Of a stretch of 64,000 bases of DNA, positions 10,901 through 20,000 are shown one piece after another. Below the pieces are notes generated by a model, which searched no databases, had not been told where the DNA came from, and saw only the letters and a program-made list of their open reading frames with translations. Positions within the stretch are counted from its first letter, which is position 1. Each line of letters opens with the position of its first letter. Origin of the DNA: Antedon mediterranea (lineage: Eukaryota > Animalia > Echinodermata); the NCBI RefSeq assembly GCF_964355755.1, contig NC_092677.1:1324101-1388100 (forward strand), in the 5' to 3' direction. Both the position numbers and the translations under genes were made by a program.

Positions 10901-12567
10901 CGTGTACCTGTCCATCATGTTTTACTGGACCATTCTGTGAAACTGGTAAGTTCTATGTTTTTTCTGCTTTTCTTTATCAGAATTCAAATATGTATTTTAC
11001 AGTCTATAGTTTTCTGACACTGTAATTTTCTCTTTTGTATAATATAATTGCAGATCTTTCTACCTTGATCTCATCCCACATGCCACAATATGCTGACGAC
11101 ACTGTTCTCTATAGAGTAATCAAATCCCCAGTTGATTGTGACTTTTTACAGGCTGACCTCAACTCTATCAATAAATGGGGTGAAACAAATCGTATGTCCC
11201 TCAATCTTGGTAAATGTAAAGTCATGGAAATAACCCGCTCAAAAAACCACAACTCTTTCCAATATTTTATCCTTAATAATCAAATCGAAACAGTGTCCCA
11301 CTATAAATACCTTGGAGTTACTTTAACGTCGGATTTAAAATGGAACCAGCATATATCCCAATCTGTTATTAAATGTAACCGACTTGTGGGTTTTATTAAA
11401 CGTTGTGTTAAGACCAATGACCACCTTGTTCTTTTAAAACTTTTCACAACTATAGTAAGGCCAATCGTTGAATATGCAGCTCCCGTGTGGTTACCACATC
11501 AACAATGCACCATCAACCAAATCGAATCTATCCAAAGACGTTTCACTAGATCATGTTTTCCAGGCTATTTCCAAACTATATATTCCCTACGTCCATCTTA
11601 CGAAGCCCGACTTACCTTCCTCAAACTACCCCGGTTGACCATAGACTTAAATTTCTTCATGTTAAATTTGTTATTAAGTGTCTCTACGTAGATTTTCTGG
11701 TTGATGGTGCATTGTTGCCCACACCAGTTTCTCGTAAAAATTATAAACTAGTTTTTAGGCATAAGGGTTCTCGTACCAATACATTTTACCGCTCTGTTTT
11801 TATTTCCTTTCCAAGGTTGTTGGATACCCTCCCTATTGAAGTGACTAATTTGTGCCTTTTTGGTTCCTCTAAGTTTTTCCCTGCCTTTTTTAATGCATTT
11901 TGCTGTTAACTTGTTTTTGTCTGCACCAGAGGGAGAGTCGTCGCATAGTGACTTCTCACTTTTCTACAATCCGCCAGACTGGTGTTAGTTTTCTTGTCTG
12001 TATTTTTATTGTTTTATATGTTTTATATGTCTTCTGAAAAAATAAATGAATTGAATTGAATTGAATTGTATAATATTCACTATCAGCGTCTGATGCTTCG
12101 ACGCAAGTTCAATATTTGTCTGCTTGTCAGCCCGTGCCGAATCTGCCCTATAATTTTTCAGTATAAATGTAACTAGAATGCATTCATTTTGTATTATCAG
12201 GAAATGCTTGCACTGGCAACATTTGTCAGAATGGAGCTAGTTGTGTCCAGGTTTCTGGTTCCTGTACAGCATACATCTGTACCTGTCCATCATGTTTTAC
12301 TGGAACATTCTGTGAAACTTGTAAGTTCTATGTTTGTCTGTTTGCTTTTATCAGAGTTCAAATACAAATTTAATTCATGTACATTGCAGTATAAAATCAT
12401 TTTTTTAACTCGAATAAATGTATTTATTATCATCAGCGTCAAATGCTTGCTCCAACAATTTTTGTCAGAATGGAGCTGTATGTGTCCAGTTTTCTGGTTC
12501 CTGTACAGCATACACATGTACCTGTTCATCATGTTTTACTGGAATATTCTGTGAAACTGGTAATTGA
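1934..12567 (+). CDS. Spliced gene: signal peptide + IgV domain + 8 tandem EGF-like exons, probably secreted; first EGF exon disrupted by a solo LTR
   Basis: All internal junctions are phase 1 with GT-AG. Leader 1934-1982 (MFPENKDICLFSILLQ) joins IgV 2454-2813 (VLFCICYG|VSVN..MTC..W..DSGTYQC..GTVTLNV). EGF exons: 8470-9424 (split), 9660-9782, 9897-10019, 10351-10470, 10587-10709, 10823-10945, 12201-12320, 12437-12559, with read-through to TGA at 12565-12567. Removing the DIRS element leaves a ~190-nt intron between IgV and EGF1. No TM exon found. Confidence 0.7.
3362..6220 (-). CDS. DIRS tyrosine recombinase ORF (recombinase domain in ~3362-4390; long N-terminal part overlaps RT in another frame)
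   Basis: C-terminal integrase fold: SSCRRRGEVHAL, CPVRAL, HQLRAVATSW, WRTQSTFTSYY. Confidence 0.9.
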   Translation of the reverse strand: MGDPVGGQVDSRHHKKRLQHRIYEPPGERGRSVDKNSARASKEMCASGRPQFSTPKGSSRTSRRTMRRLGTRVDRLPHRKEDRRLATYFKSEESKQAVYSAPKVSDGDSLIHPSGAKTRRLGSLDRPERCVLSRSYRRGRSTLATFQNPRPIVPIRRFAVRPIDGSSRVYTHSQNAGVVLPQTWNKSIHVSRRLVGRGPVQGQADEQSTICPSRNGTGRFHCQSGEVVPGADTAPVIPRSTDKSRDGLGVSIPTTHRVCNECSTQSNICSCSDGLRMAQSTGLSGQLRCLGSVLPATYETFTAASAGSLPTAHRLPTQSGSVECIHSDASRMVAGRRQVDCGNADSKIFAGRPYRDRRIRDRLGRLLQGTPRLRPLDGRGGALPHQPPRTLGSRQDLEGPSTSRGRSSRPYPFRQHNSGSIYKSSGRHEVTDVMLPPLETDDVVHRQQHQTLGCPHCGQPQHCGGRSVPTNTLSHGMAPSTQHCHTDFRPLRAASYRSVCDVRQHTAPDLLHKVSGCTCVGGGCPIHTVGRTMGLCVSTDLTNTNCSDAHSAPSLPGPSDRPGLGSTSMVSTASRPALRSSPASSSSRGSADAGPSCVLTTEPTIPAPDCMAIVRDQLRDSGIPDGPAALAAKSRRESTLTVYNSRLKHFFTWCRRQQITPGLVTLGQVCAFLHYLFESGLQVRTISGYRSAIGAVTPTLKDGSTISSSSVITQLIRGMFRQRPPVKVLIPRWDVNVVLAALTRPPFEPMSKASLYNLSLKTAFLLALSSCRRRGEVHALTLEPGHVRFERGGVRLVFRKDFLAKTQTLKYSPPAVFVPTITSYSAVDGDKLWCPVRALKWYIHRTKTIRDGVSHLFVTSVPPHRAAAKSTIARWVVSTIQNAYTSSDTPPPAHMHQLRAVATSWALFAGVPVADIMEAAWWRTQSTFTSYYLSDVSANLAPVATAVLKPRL
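4279..6582 (-). CDS. DIRS reverse transcriptase / RNase H / DAM-like methyltransferase
   Basis: RT motifs DLKDAYFH, LPFGL and YLDDWL; RNase H motifs TDAS..GWG, HINLLEL, SDNTT and NIVADALSR; MTase-like IDLFAT..YAFPP. The true start is uncertain. Confidence 0.93.
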   Translation of the reverse strand: MSGRHVVKLDRDSRRNVGLAVDVRDHPDRLPLFRLQYRQRNRQYRHRRVLIRRLLLLPAFAPHMTSTDIPDLHEAGPEDMTPAIRAAGVRVRSRVAGDAIGTPVPNIDGQVGGRLGRFARVWETLSEDRWILATIKNGYSIEFTSPPVSGGARSTRIPPEPLKRCALLDGLNSLLQKGAVEPVDERCAVSGHESTVFLTEKKTGDWRPILNLRSLNKRFIRPQRFRMETVSSILLGLRRGDWAASIDLKDAYFHVPIAEADRRWLRFRILDQLYQFVALPFGLSTAPRVFTRIVRTLASFFHKHGIRVFMYLDDWLVVAQSRDRLMSSLQYVLLVTEQAGFIVNREKSCLVPTQLPLYLGAQINLVTGLACPSQQRIASAMSAVRNLISARAPTAYEWLRALGCLASFVALVPYCRLRMRPLQLHLLAHYRPHIDSLHKVVPSNAFIQTHLEWWLVEGRLTVGMPIQKSLPDVRIETDASETGWGGCSRALRASGLWTVEEARSHINLLELWAVVRTLKALRPHVAGRHVLIHSDNTTVVAYINRQGGTRSPTLCFHLWRLMMWCIGNNIKLSAAHIAGSLNIVADALSRQTLCPTEWRLLPSIATLIFDHFGRPHIDLFATSDNTQLPTFCTRFRDARAWAVDALSIPWDGLWAYAFPPISLIPTVLTHIQRHPCRVLLIAPGWARQAWYPLLLDLLYDHPLRLPVREDLLTQGRAVFSLQNLQSLRLTVWPLSGISSETQAFQMALPPSRRNLVGNLLLPSTIAD
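6290..7915 (-). CDS. DIRS ORF1 gag-like protein with N-terminal Cys/His zinc-finger cluster
   Basis: 541-aa ORF; CVQC..HMRCIKC..CNQDNPCDVC motif and Pro/Arg-rich C-terminus; first ORF of the element. Confidence 0.85.
   Translation of the reverse strand: MSVRQVFCTIMPKQECVQCRGPRTTVKWDRHMRCIKCRTCNQDNPCDVCVRWTPAKFASLPRPVERTVEVGVPEESAPVAAPVVATHDVVQREEEPVASVPLAKEVFLGAAPVPAAASAAPDPNELSPALLHAIAAAVRALPRDEPTVAPAQRPPIPYYPVPPPQTPLPPFSEGASMEDDYLSDRTMVTLSDEERAASLRGPGEEGLQALVNRVLPAVLAYLGIDYSLREPKPTPSTKRFSTFGVRTPLRKSTTCPVVPLDQELIDRLDMFARDSTTTRRAAPYILSSAFPVPSAQFDKYIIAPGVPDAAKDRVREDQGVEAGKTNYLAPKAAKTEETLLAVDRAARETVRVTSISGYLLSFLADPEHPRERDDEVITLLQQITGLIADQQAFISVTSAAARRVNVLQGTDIAPAQYRRFTTSESFGAKDLFFGSFSQKEDKWAREREARRETRSRFPQKRRASRGRSGPSRPPPPFPAPVPPTQPPVPTPARPDTQASTSSRVRTPHDINRYPRPARGRPGRYDASHKSGRRPGAFARRR
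8538..9368. mobile_element. Solo LTR-like insertion inside EGF exon 1
   Basis: Begins TGTAACAGG and ends CCTGTTACA (TG..CA, inverted ends). 4-bp TSD TATG at 8534-8537 and 9369-9372; AATAAA near 9240. Excision restores the in-frame EGF sequence (..PSSSSMGYTCSCPQCFFGQLCET). Confidence 0.85.
9570..12560 (+). repeat. Tandem exon+intron duplication array (~235-bp units) carrying the EGF exons
   Basis: Intron sequence (ttcaaatacaaatttaat..cagtataaaatcatttt) repeats with each exon; a higher-order block at ~10220-10560 recurs at ~12075-12420. Confidence 0.9.
11046..12065 (+). mobile_element. 5'-truncated non-LTR retrotransposon (CR1/L2-group-like RT C-terminus)
   Basis: QYADDTVLY..YKYLGV..RPIVEYAAPVW..IESIQRRFTR; frameshift near 11640; AATAAA plus (TTGAA)n tail; TSD TTGTATAATAT at 11035-11045 and 12066-12076. 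An empty-site paralog is visible at ~10205-10235. Confidence 0.92.
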
Positions 12568-12787
12568 CCAATCGATTGGTGTTTGGGTATTTTATTTAAT
12601 TTCAGCTATCAGCAAATAAGTTTGCCTAAAGGTAACCATCACAAGTTTGAAAATTACAAACACGATGAAGAAAGCTATGTATAGTATAAAGTTTAACTCA
12701 GATTGTTAATAGAGAAGACTGAATTGTGTATAAATGGTACTCTGAACTGGAGATGATGTATCTGTTTCTAACTTTAAATATTATGCA

Positions 12788-12947
12788 GGTGTTCTCCCCA
12801 TGGTTAAACGTGTTCTCTCCATGGTTAAACGTGTTGTCTCCGTGGTTAAACGTGTTCTCTCCATGATTAAACGTCTTCTCTTCATTGTTAAACGTGTTCT
12901 CTCCATGATTAAACGTGTTCTCTCCATTTTTAAACGTGTTCTCTCCC
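12788..12947. repeat. 21-bp minisatellite (GTGTTCTCTCCATGGTTAAAC)n, ~7.5 copies
   Basis: Direct tandem units; explains the spurious ORFs 12698..12958 and 12800..13054. Confidence 0.9.
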
Positions 12948-14124
12948 AATCCGACCACTCTCTTTATAAAGAATACATTATTTCATCTCAGCCCCAACCC
13001 CTCCAACAACAAACAAAAATCAAACTATTTGTTTTAAATATTTGTCGTGTTTAATCTGAGACACACGCCCGTTGCCACATACGTTGGGAATCCTATTTGC
13101 ATAACAACACACGGCATACCAAGCCGTCTCGTACAACTTCGGTGACATATTAATTATCTTCTAAACACGTAACGAATTACTAATTCTCCCATCTAAAAGT
13201 ATACGTCAACCTAGTAAGTTAGTCGTACTAAATGACAAGTATTTTGTCCCTCAATCTATTGCCACTTATAATAAACATTTCTCACGATAATTTGCATACT
13301 CTTGGAAAGAACACCTGGATCATAATAGGAAATATTAAATGATATAGTGTTTATTGTATAATATAGTGAATCAACAGAGATTTTCTGATTTTTATTTGTA
13401 TAATAAATTATTATACCAATAAAAGATGAATGAACGACGTTGTAATGAACAAGGAACGCGCTAAGCACATATGAAATGTAATATTTGGGTTGAGGGAAAA
13501 TTAATATTAATTTATCGTATTATTGGATAAAATTCTAAAGCCGCACCGTAGTCTGTGACAATAATCAAACATAAAAAAAACCGTTGTATTCAATATAAAA
13601 TAGGTGTAAACAAAATCTGTGAACTTATTATAATGTTATACGTGCTCACTTTCATACTGATTCTGTATTCCAGCAATCGAGTATAGCAATAAACAAAAAT
13701 GTGTTGCAGTGGCGTCGTCAAGGACTGGGGGCCGTCGGGTGCCAACAACCCCCACGTAAATCTAATGTCACTTCTATCATAATTTAGCCTAGACAGTCAT
13801 TTTATTAGACCTACTGAGGGAACATTCAGTCTGATTTCCTCCTCTACTTTTCTACAATATGCTTGCTTGCGATGTCGTATCTGTTCTAATTCAGGAAGGA
13901 GAGGGGGTCCAATCCTAGCTAAACATATTAAAAATCTATTTTCGGATTACTCATCTTACTCAATTAATCATTAATATTCCCAAGTAATTCGAATATTAAA
14001 TCAAAGCCTAAAATCCAGAAAAAAAAACCACTTTGTTATTTCATTATTTAGCTAATTACCGCAAATTTCACTCCAAACACAGAAAACCAGTTGATCTGCT
14101 TTATTATAATAAAATCACCGGAAT

Positions 14125-14398
14125 TTAAAGGACAACTTGACCGAGGACGATATTTTAACAACGTATTAGGAATGTACATATGATTTCAGAACAATCGCGA
14201 GATTACTAGAAATTTTCACGATTTGCCAGACTTTGCTAAAAAACTCATGACGTAAATTTTGCGATACACCTGTGACGTCACAGCAATTTACGGAGACGGC
14301 TGTACGGCGAGCGCGTGTGGCGATATCCATTATCTCGCAATGGTTTAGAAATCATATGTACATCCCTAATACGTTTTTAAAATATGGTCCTCGGTCAA
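14125..14398. mobile_element. MITE-like foldback element
   Basis: Long imperfect inverted repeats TTGACCGAGGAC..ATGTACATATGATTTC / GAAATCATATGTACAT..GTCCTCGGTCAA. The left end TTAAAGG resembles TTAA-targeting elements; the right end appears clipped. Confidence 0.7.
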
Positions 14399-15057
14399 TT
14401 TAATTAATTGATTGTGTATATATTTCGACATAACGGCATTAACAATACCAGTATATTGAGGTTTAGATTTGCGACGACCGAAATACGTCATGTTAATTCA
14501 TTCACTGTGCAAAAACTTCCTGATTTTATCAGTATGCGATCAACAGTTATGTTTGTGTGTTGTTTTGAAGTCGAGTCGATGAATATTAATAATGTTTATT
14601 GTATTAGTCTGTTGAGTAAACGCGACGACCCAGATAGACAAAATACTTTGGACTTCTCTCAGAGTGATTTGTTTTCTTGGGCTTATCTAACCACAGTACA
14701 TTTACAGCCACCTAACTCATGCAGTAAGGTAATTGACGGTTTCTATAATAAAGACCGATTGTATAGGCTAGGTTTACCAAGGAAATAACTCTTCCCTGGT
14801 TTACCATTTTCGTTATTATTATATTACAACATAATCGTATTTGTATGTTTCAAATTAATATACAGCGATGAAAGATCAAAGAATTATAAGACCTATTCAT
14901 GTTGAGGCTTAGTTATTATATCCGGGCGCATTATGCTGCATTCAGTTATTGAACGTTGGTGATAGGTAACTAACTTAAACCAGAATCTATAAAAACACAT
15001 TATAATTAGTCTGGTGAGAAAACACACTTACGAATATTATGTTGGTTTTTATTGTTA

Positions 15058-15202
15058 AGCTCTGTTTACACTTTCAAACTTTATATGTCAAAAAAATGTG
15101 ATATGCCCATATGAACATGATGATGTCATATCACTACCATATTTGTTGGGCATATCACCATCATATTTGTCAAACTAGTTTGATAGTGTTGTAGACAGAG
15201 CT
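15058..15202. mobile_element. PIF/Harbinger-type MITE
   Basis: TIRs AGCTCTGT(T/C)TACAC.. / ..GTAGACAGAGCT, flanked by TTA on both sides. Confidence 0.75.
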
Positions 15203-15636
15203 TTAGATAACATGAAAAACCAGTGTATGTCACAGGTACAAAGTAATTTGTGTTGTATGTTGCCGTTTAGACGTGGGGAGTATAATACGTGTTCATTATT
15301 AATTTATTTGTTATTCCAATTTATAGGGTGTGTATTTTCAATATCCTGCTATTACAGTATGTTTACATATAATACATGTGTGTTTCATCCTTATTAACGG
15401 TACGTTTAATCATGAAGCTACAGTATGCAATTGTTCAATGATTTATGTAGAATAAATTTTCGAAATACAGGTATATTTCTTGATCGTAAAGTAAGAGCTT
15501 ATTAAAATGTGCACAATAAATGAATTAAATAATTAAACATTGATTAATAATTTTCTCCTAGTTTTATTTAGCACATGTACTTGTGTAATATTGACAGCTT
15601 GGGAGATGTTTTAATTATTTTATTGGCCAACATTCG

Positions 15637-16188
15637 GCATCTGATGTGGTGCTTTTGTAGAGTTAGGGAAAGGTAGGCAGGCAATAGTAATACAGCATCT
15701 CATGTGGTGCTTTTGTAGAGTTAGGGAAAGGTAGGCAGGCAATAGTAATACAGCATCTGATGTGGTGCTTTTGTAGAGTTAGGGAAAGGTAGGCAGGCAA
15801 TAGTAATACAGCATCTGATGTGGTGCTTTTGTAGAGTTAGGGAAAGGTAGGCAGGCAATAGTAATACAGCATCTCATGTGGTGCTTTTGTAGAGTTAGGG
15901 AAAGGTAGGCAGGCAATAGTAATACAGCATCTGATGTGGTGCTTTTGTAGAGTTAGGGAAAGGTAGGCAGGCAATAGTAATACAGCATCTCATGTGGTGC
16001 TTTTGTAGAGTTAGGGAAAGGTAGGCAGGCAATAGTAATACAGCATCTGATGTGGTGCTTTTGTAGAGTTAGGGAAAGGTAGGCAGGCAATAGTAATACA
16101 GCATCTCATGTGGTGCTTTTGTAGAGTTAGGGAAAGGTAGGCAGGCAATGGTAATACAGCATCTCATGTGGTGCTTTTGTAGAGTTAG
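15637..16188. repeat. 58-bp minisatellite, ~9.5 near-identical copies
   Basis: Unit GCATCT(G/C)ATGTGGTGCTTTTGTAGAGTTAGGGAAAGGTAGGCAGGCAATAGTAATACA starts at 15637, 15695, 15753, etc.; no spacers. Confidence 0.97.
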
Positions 16189-17022
16189 ATTATGGTCTAT
16201 GGTATACTACTGTAGGCAATACATATGATGATGTTTTATTACTAAATTTCCCTTTGATCGGGCCATACTATGATATAATTATTTCTATAAATAATGTATC
16301 ATAGTTTATTTACAGTACAAAACAGAAACAGTTGAATAGAAAGTTGATTCATAGCAATTAACATGAACTAAAGGAGTTACATATTATATTGCTGGATTCT
16401 TGATAAGAGCTTAGTTCAGAAAACATCTTCCCATTTTATAGTACATTCTATACACCCTGGGTTACCACGGGCAGTTGGGTTGAAACCCTAAGATCAATCC
16501 TGCTTACAGGCCTGATTTAACTGAAGCAATATACGTTAGTAATCTATTCTATAATCTAATCTAAGAAAACCAGCAAAGAAATTATAATAATATTCACATG
16601 AATTAGTTCATATAATAATTATATATCAATGTAATTTAATTTTAAAGAACAAAATAAATTTAATAACATAATAATTTAAAACCGAGCTTCATAACCCACT
16701 ATACATTTATATTATTATTTGCACATACTCTTTCGAAACTATTTCAATCATAATAATTTGTTTGTTTAATTAAAAAAAAGATCTTTTAAAAAAAATCTTA
16801 AAAAATGTAAATTTTGCAAATCTCTATGGCTTTCAAATTATTTATAAAAGTTTTTGACAATACAAATGTTTCTTACACATCTCTTGTTGTATTTAATCTT
16901 TAAAAGCTAACGATTACTGTATAAAAATAAATTTCATATTTAAAAAAATCATCAGTTGTTATCCAGAAGATTTAAATATAACACAAATAAATATGAAAAT
17001 AGAAATGGATAATAATACTCAC

Positions 17023-20000
17023 TTATTGAAACAAGCTATTTTCTTATCTGTACATGAAAAAAAAACACATAATAATAATAATAATAATAATAACAATAAT
17101 AATAATAATAATAACAAATAGTGATTAAAGACGCTGTGGACTTACATAATCCTACCTGTATGGTATAAATCAATCTAACATGAAAACCACAATATTCCCT
17201 GCAAGAAACTTTTCAACAATTGTTGTTATACTAGAGAGGTTTCGCAATCTTACGAATACGATAACGAATACGGATACGTCACGCACACGTATTCGTTTTC
17301 GTAAGCCATAAAAAAATCTGTTTCGCATGGCAACGAAATATTGAGGCGCGTCCAAAATATGACTGCGGTAGATTTGAGCGAGGCCGCAGGTACGTGTTGC
17401 TTGGTGCTTGCTACTTTAGTAAATTACTTTCAATAAATCTATAATTATATTATAATCATGAATCATTCCTGATTCAAATGCAAAATGTGCAAAATAGATC
17501 AAAAACTATACTCGTTTTGTAGTTTTGAATATGACTGGTGATATTCGTCAACACGAATACGCTTTACGAATATGAAATGGGGATCAGCTCAAAAGTTTCA
17601 CAAATGTATGACGTATCCGTATCGTATTCGTAAGGTTGCGAAACCTCCCTATTATCAAATTTGTTGCTGCCTTTTTTCAAATGTTTGTTTTTATATATCT
17701 TTGGCAATAATACGAATCCAGTATTGTTTGATTTTAAGATAATTCAAATAAAAATAATATTGGAGTTTAATGATCTACAGTACCAAACAGTGTGCAGTTG
17801 TATAGGTTCTTAAACATGCACAACAATTATATTAACTTTATTTGATTAAATAGAAATACAGTTCTCCATCCAAATCTAGAATAATCTATGATTTATTTTA
17901 TAAAATTAAGTTAGTAGTATTAGTAATGTTGTAAGATACTATTTCTGTCATATAAAAGTTTTATTTTGGATATTTTATATTCATTAATTCAAGTATTGTA
18001 GTGATCTACTAGTATCTACTTACACTGACAAACAAAAATTCCGATAAAAACCAACACCACTGATACTGCAGACACAACCCCACCTATAAAAAGGTATCAT
18101 TACATAAAAAAATACAATATATTTTCTAAAATAAAAGTCACTCAGCAATGATGTTGAAACAAAATGTTTAAAGTAACAGCTTTCTAAATCAAGAAAATAT
18201 ATAACATGTCAATATGGATAAAAGTACTACAGCTTGACTTAGCTGGCCCTCCCACCTTTCTCCTAACGTCCAAACAATTTGATAATTATTAAAACTTTTG
18301 CAGCACTGGATAATCTTCTAACATAGCACCTCGGTTAAGTTTACTTACCAATACCGAAAGTTTTTGTTAATTATTATTTTTCCACACATAAACAAAATAA
18401 AAAAGATAATTATATCTATCAAATATTAGTAATAACAAATGTGAAAGGAGATCAAAATAAATATGTAAAGATTAGCCTTGACCACTTGAGCAATTGTGGA
18501 CATGACAAATAAAGTAAATTTAAAGAAGAAACCAAACAATATGAATAGTAGCGGGTCAATTTTAAAGTTCATAGTAATTGTGGCTAAGATTTAACTGCTT
18601 CTGGATTTGTCAAAGGATCTCATACCATTTCAACTAAGAAAATTTAAAATAAATAATAATAAATAATTCATTAATAAATTCATAGGTGTGATTACTTGGT
18701 TTTAAAAATATTTTGGGCAATGAGTAAAAGACATTCATAGTTTTGGATCATAAGCATTTTTAAATATCTTTCAATTGAAATATTTATGTTTTGGAGTTTT
18801 CCTAAAAAGACTCACCTATTAAACCACCATTTACACCATCATTGGGATCAGTAGGATCAAAAGCTGTAAGTAATACAAAAAAAAATATTTTAAATAATAA
18901 ACAAACTTAGCAGCAATTATAAACATGAAAATTAAATTCTACAGTATATTAAAACCAGGTAACAAACTGTTTAAGTTTGACATTACTGTACAGTACGTAC
19001 ATTCACAAGTTTGTTTACACATTATACTTATTTCCAAGATGGACTGAGCAAAATGAGGCCAAGTATTTTTTTGCAACCTAGAAGGGTTTTAAACTTTTAA
19101 AAATTTTGCAGCTAATACTAAACATTACAAGCATACAATATAAAAAATATAATGTGTTTGAAGCATTTATATATGTAGTATAGTGTTACATAATATAGAA
19201 TATGTTTATTAGGTAAAAATAAACAGTATATTATAATTATTGAATATAGAATTGTATGACTAATATTTTTCAAACCTTTTTATTTAGTACATTACTTTCA
19301 AGTTTTGTCATTGAATGACAAAAGCTATAATAAAAATGGTGATAATAGCATTGATTGTTGTTAGCATAGCTTCTGTATCTAATGTACAGTGTATTATTAC
19401 AGTATTATTTATAGGGTTAGTGACTTTTACAGTATGTTTTTTATTTGAAATTGTTGTTAATGTTAATAACCATGGAGGAAAAGTTAGTTTAGCAATTGGA
19501 TTAACAATTATTTGATGAAATTTTCTTGAGTAAGTACTCAAATTAACTAATTAGATGACCATAATATATTACAGCCATAGCTTTTCAATAATTTTTATAA
19601 TTTTGTCAATATGAACTTTTAAGATAATCCCTGACAGCAATCAATTCCTAGACTTCAATGATAATCAACATTTTAAAATGGCCGGGAATTTCCCTTTTCT
19701 AAAAATTATACAGGAAGGATCTTGCTGTGGTAACACTAGCTTAAACCAATATAATTAAGTAAATTAACAATATAAAATAATACTAATTTCTACAAATCAA
19801 CATAACAAATTAAAAATAATAATTGATCACACAATTTCCAATAGAAATGAATACAGACAAATTGTACAAAAAGAATACAAGTGGCAACATTTTTAATAAT
19901 GTTTAAATTAAAATTAGACATTATGTTAGCAATACAATAAATGTGTATAAGCTGACAAATTTAGTTGGGTATGGTATGATGGACATCCATAGTTTTTAAG

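Noticed and set aside
15637-16188. CRISPR-like regular repeat
   Set aside because: Units are contiguous with no unique spacers, there are no cas genes, and the context is eukaryotic; it is a minisatellite.
17146-17155. Possible 10-nt micro-exon of the minus-strand gene
   Set aside because: Splice signals are plausible, but inclusion causes an immediate stop in the next exon; cannot be supported without cDNA.
19308-19541. Hydrophobic ORFs resembling membrane proteins
   Set aside because: AT-rich intronic low-complexity sequence without convincing splice context or motifs.
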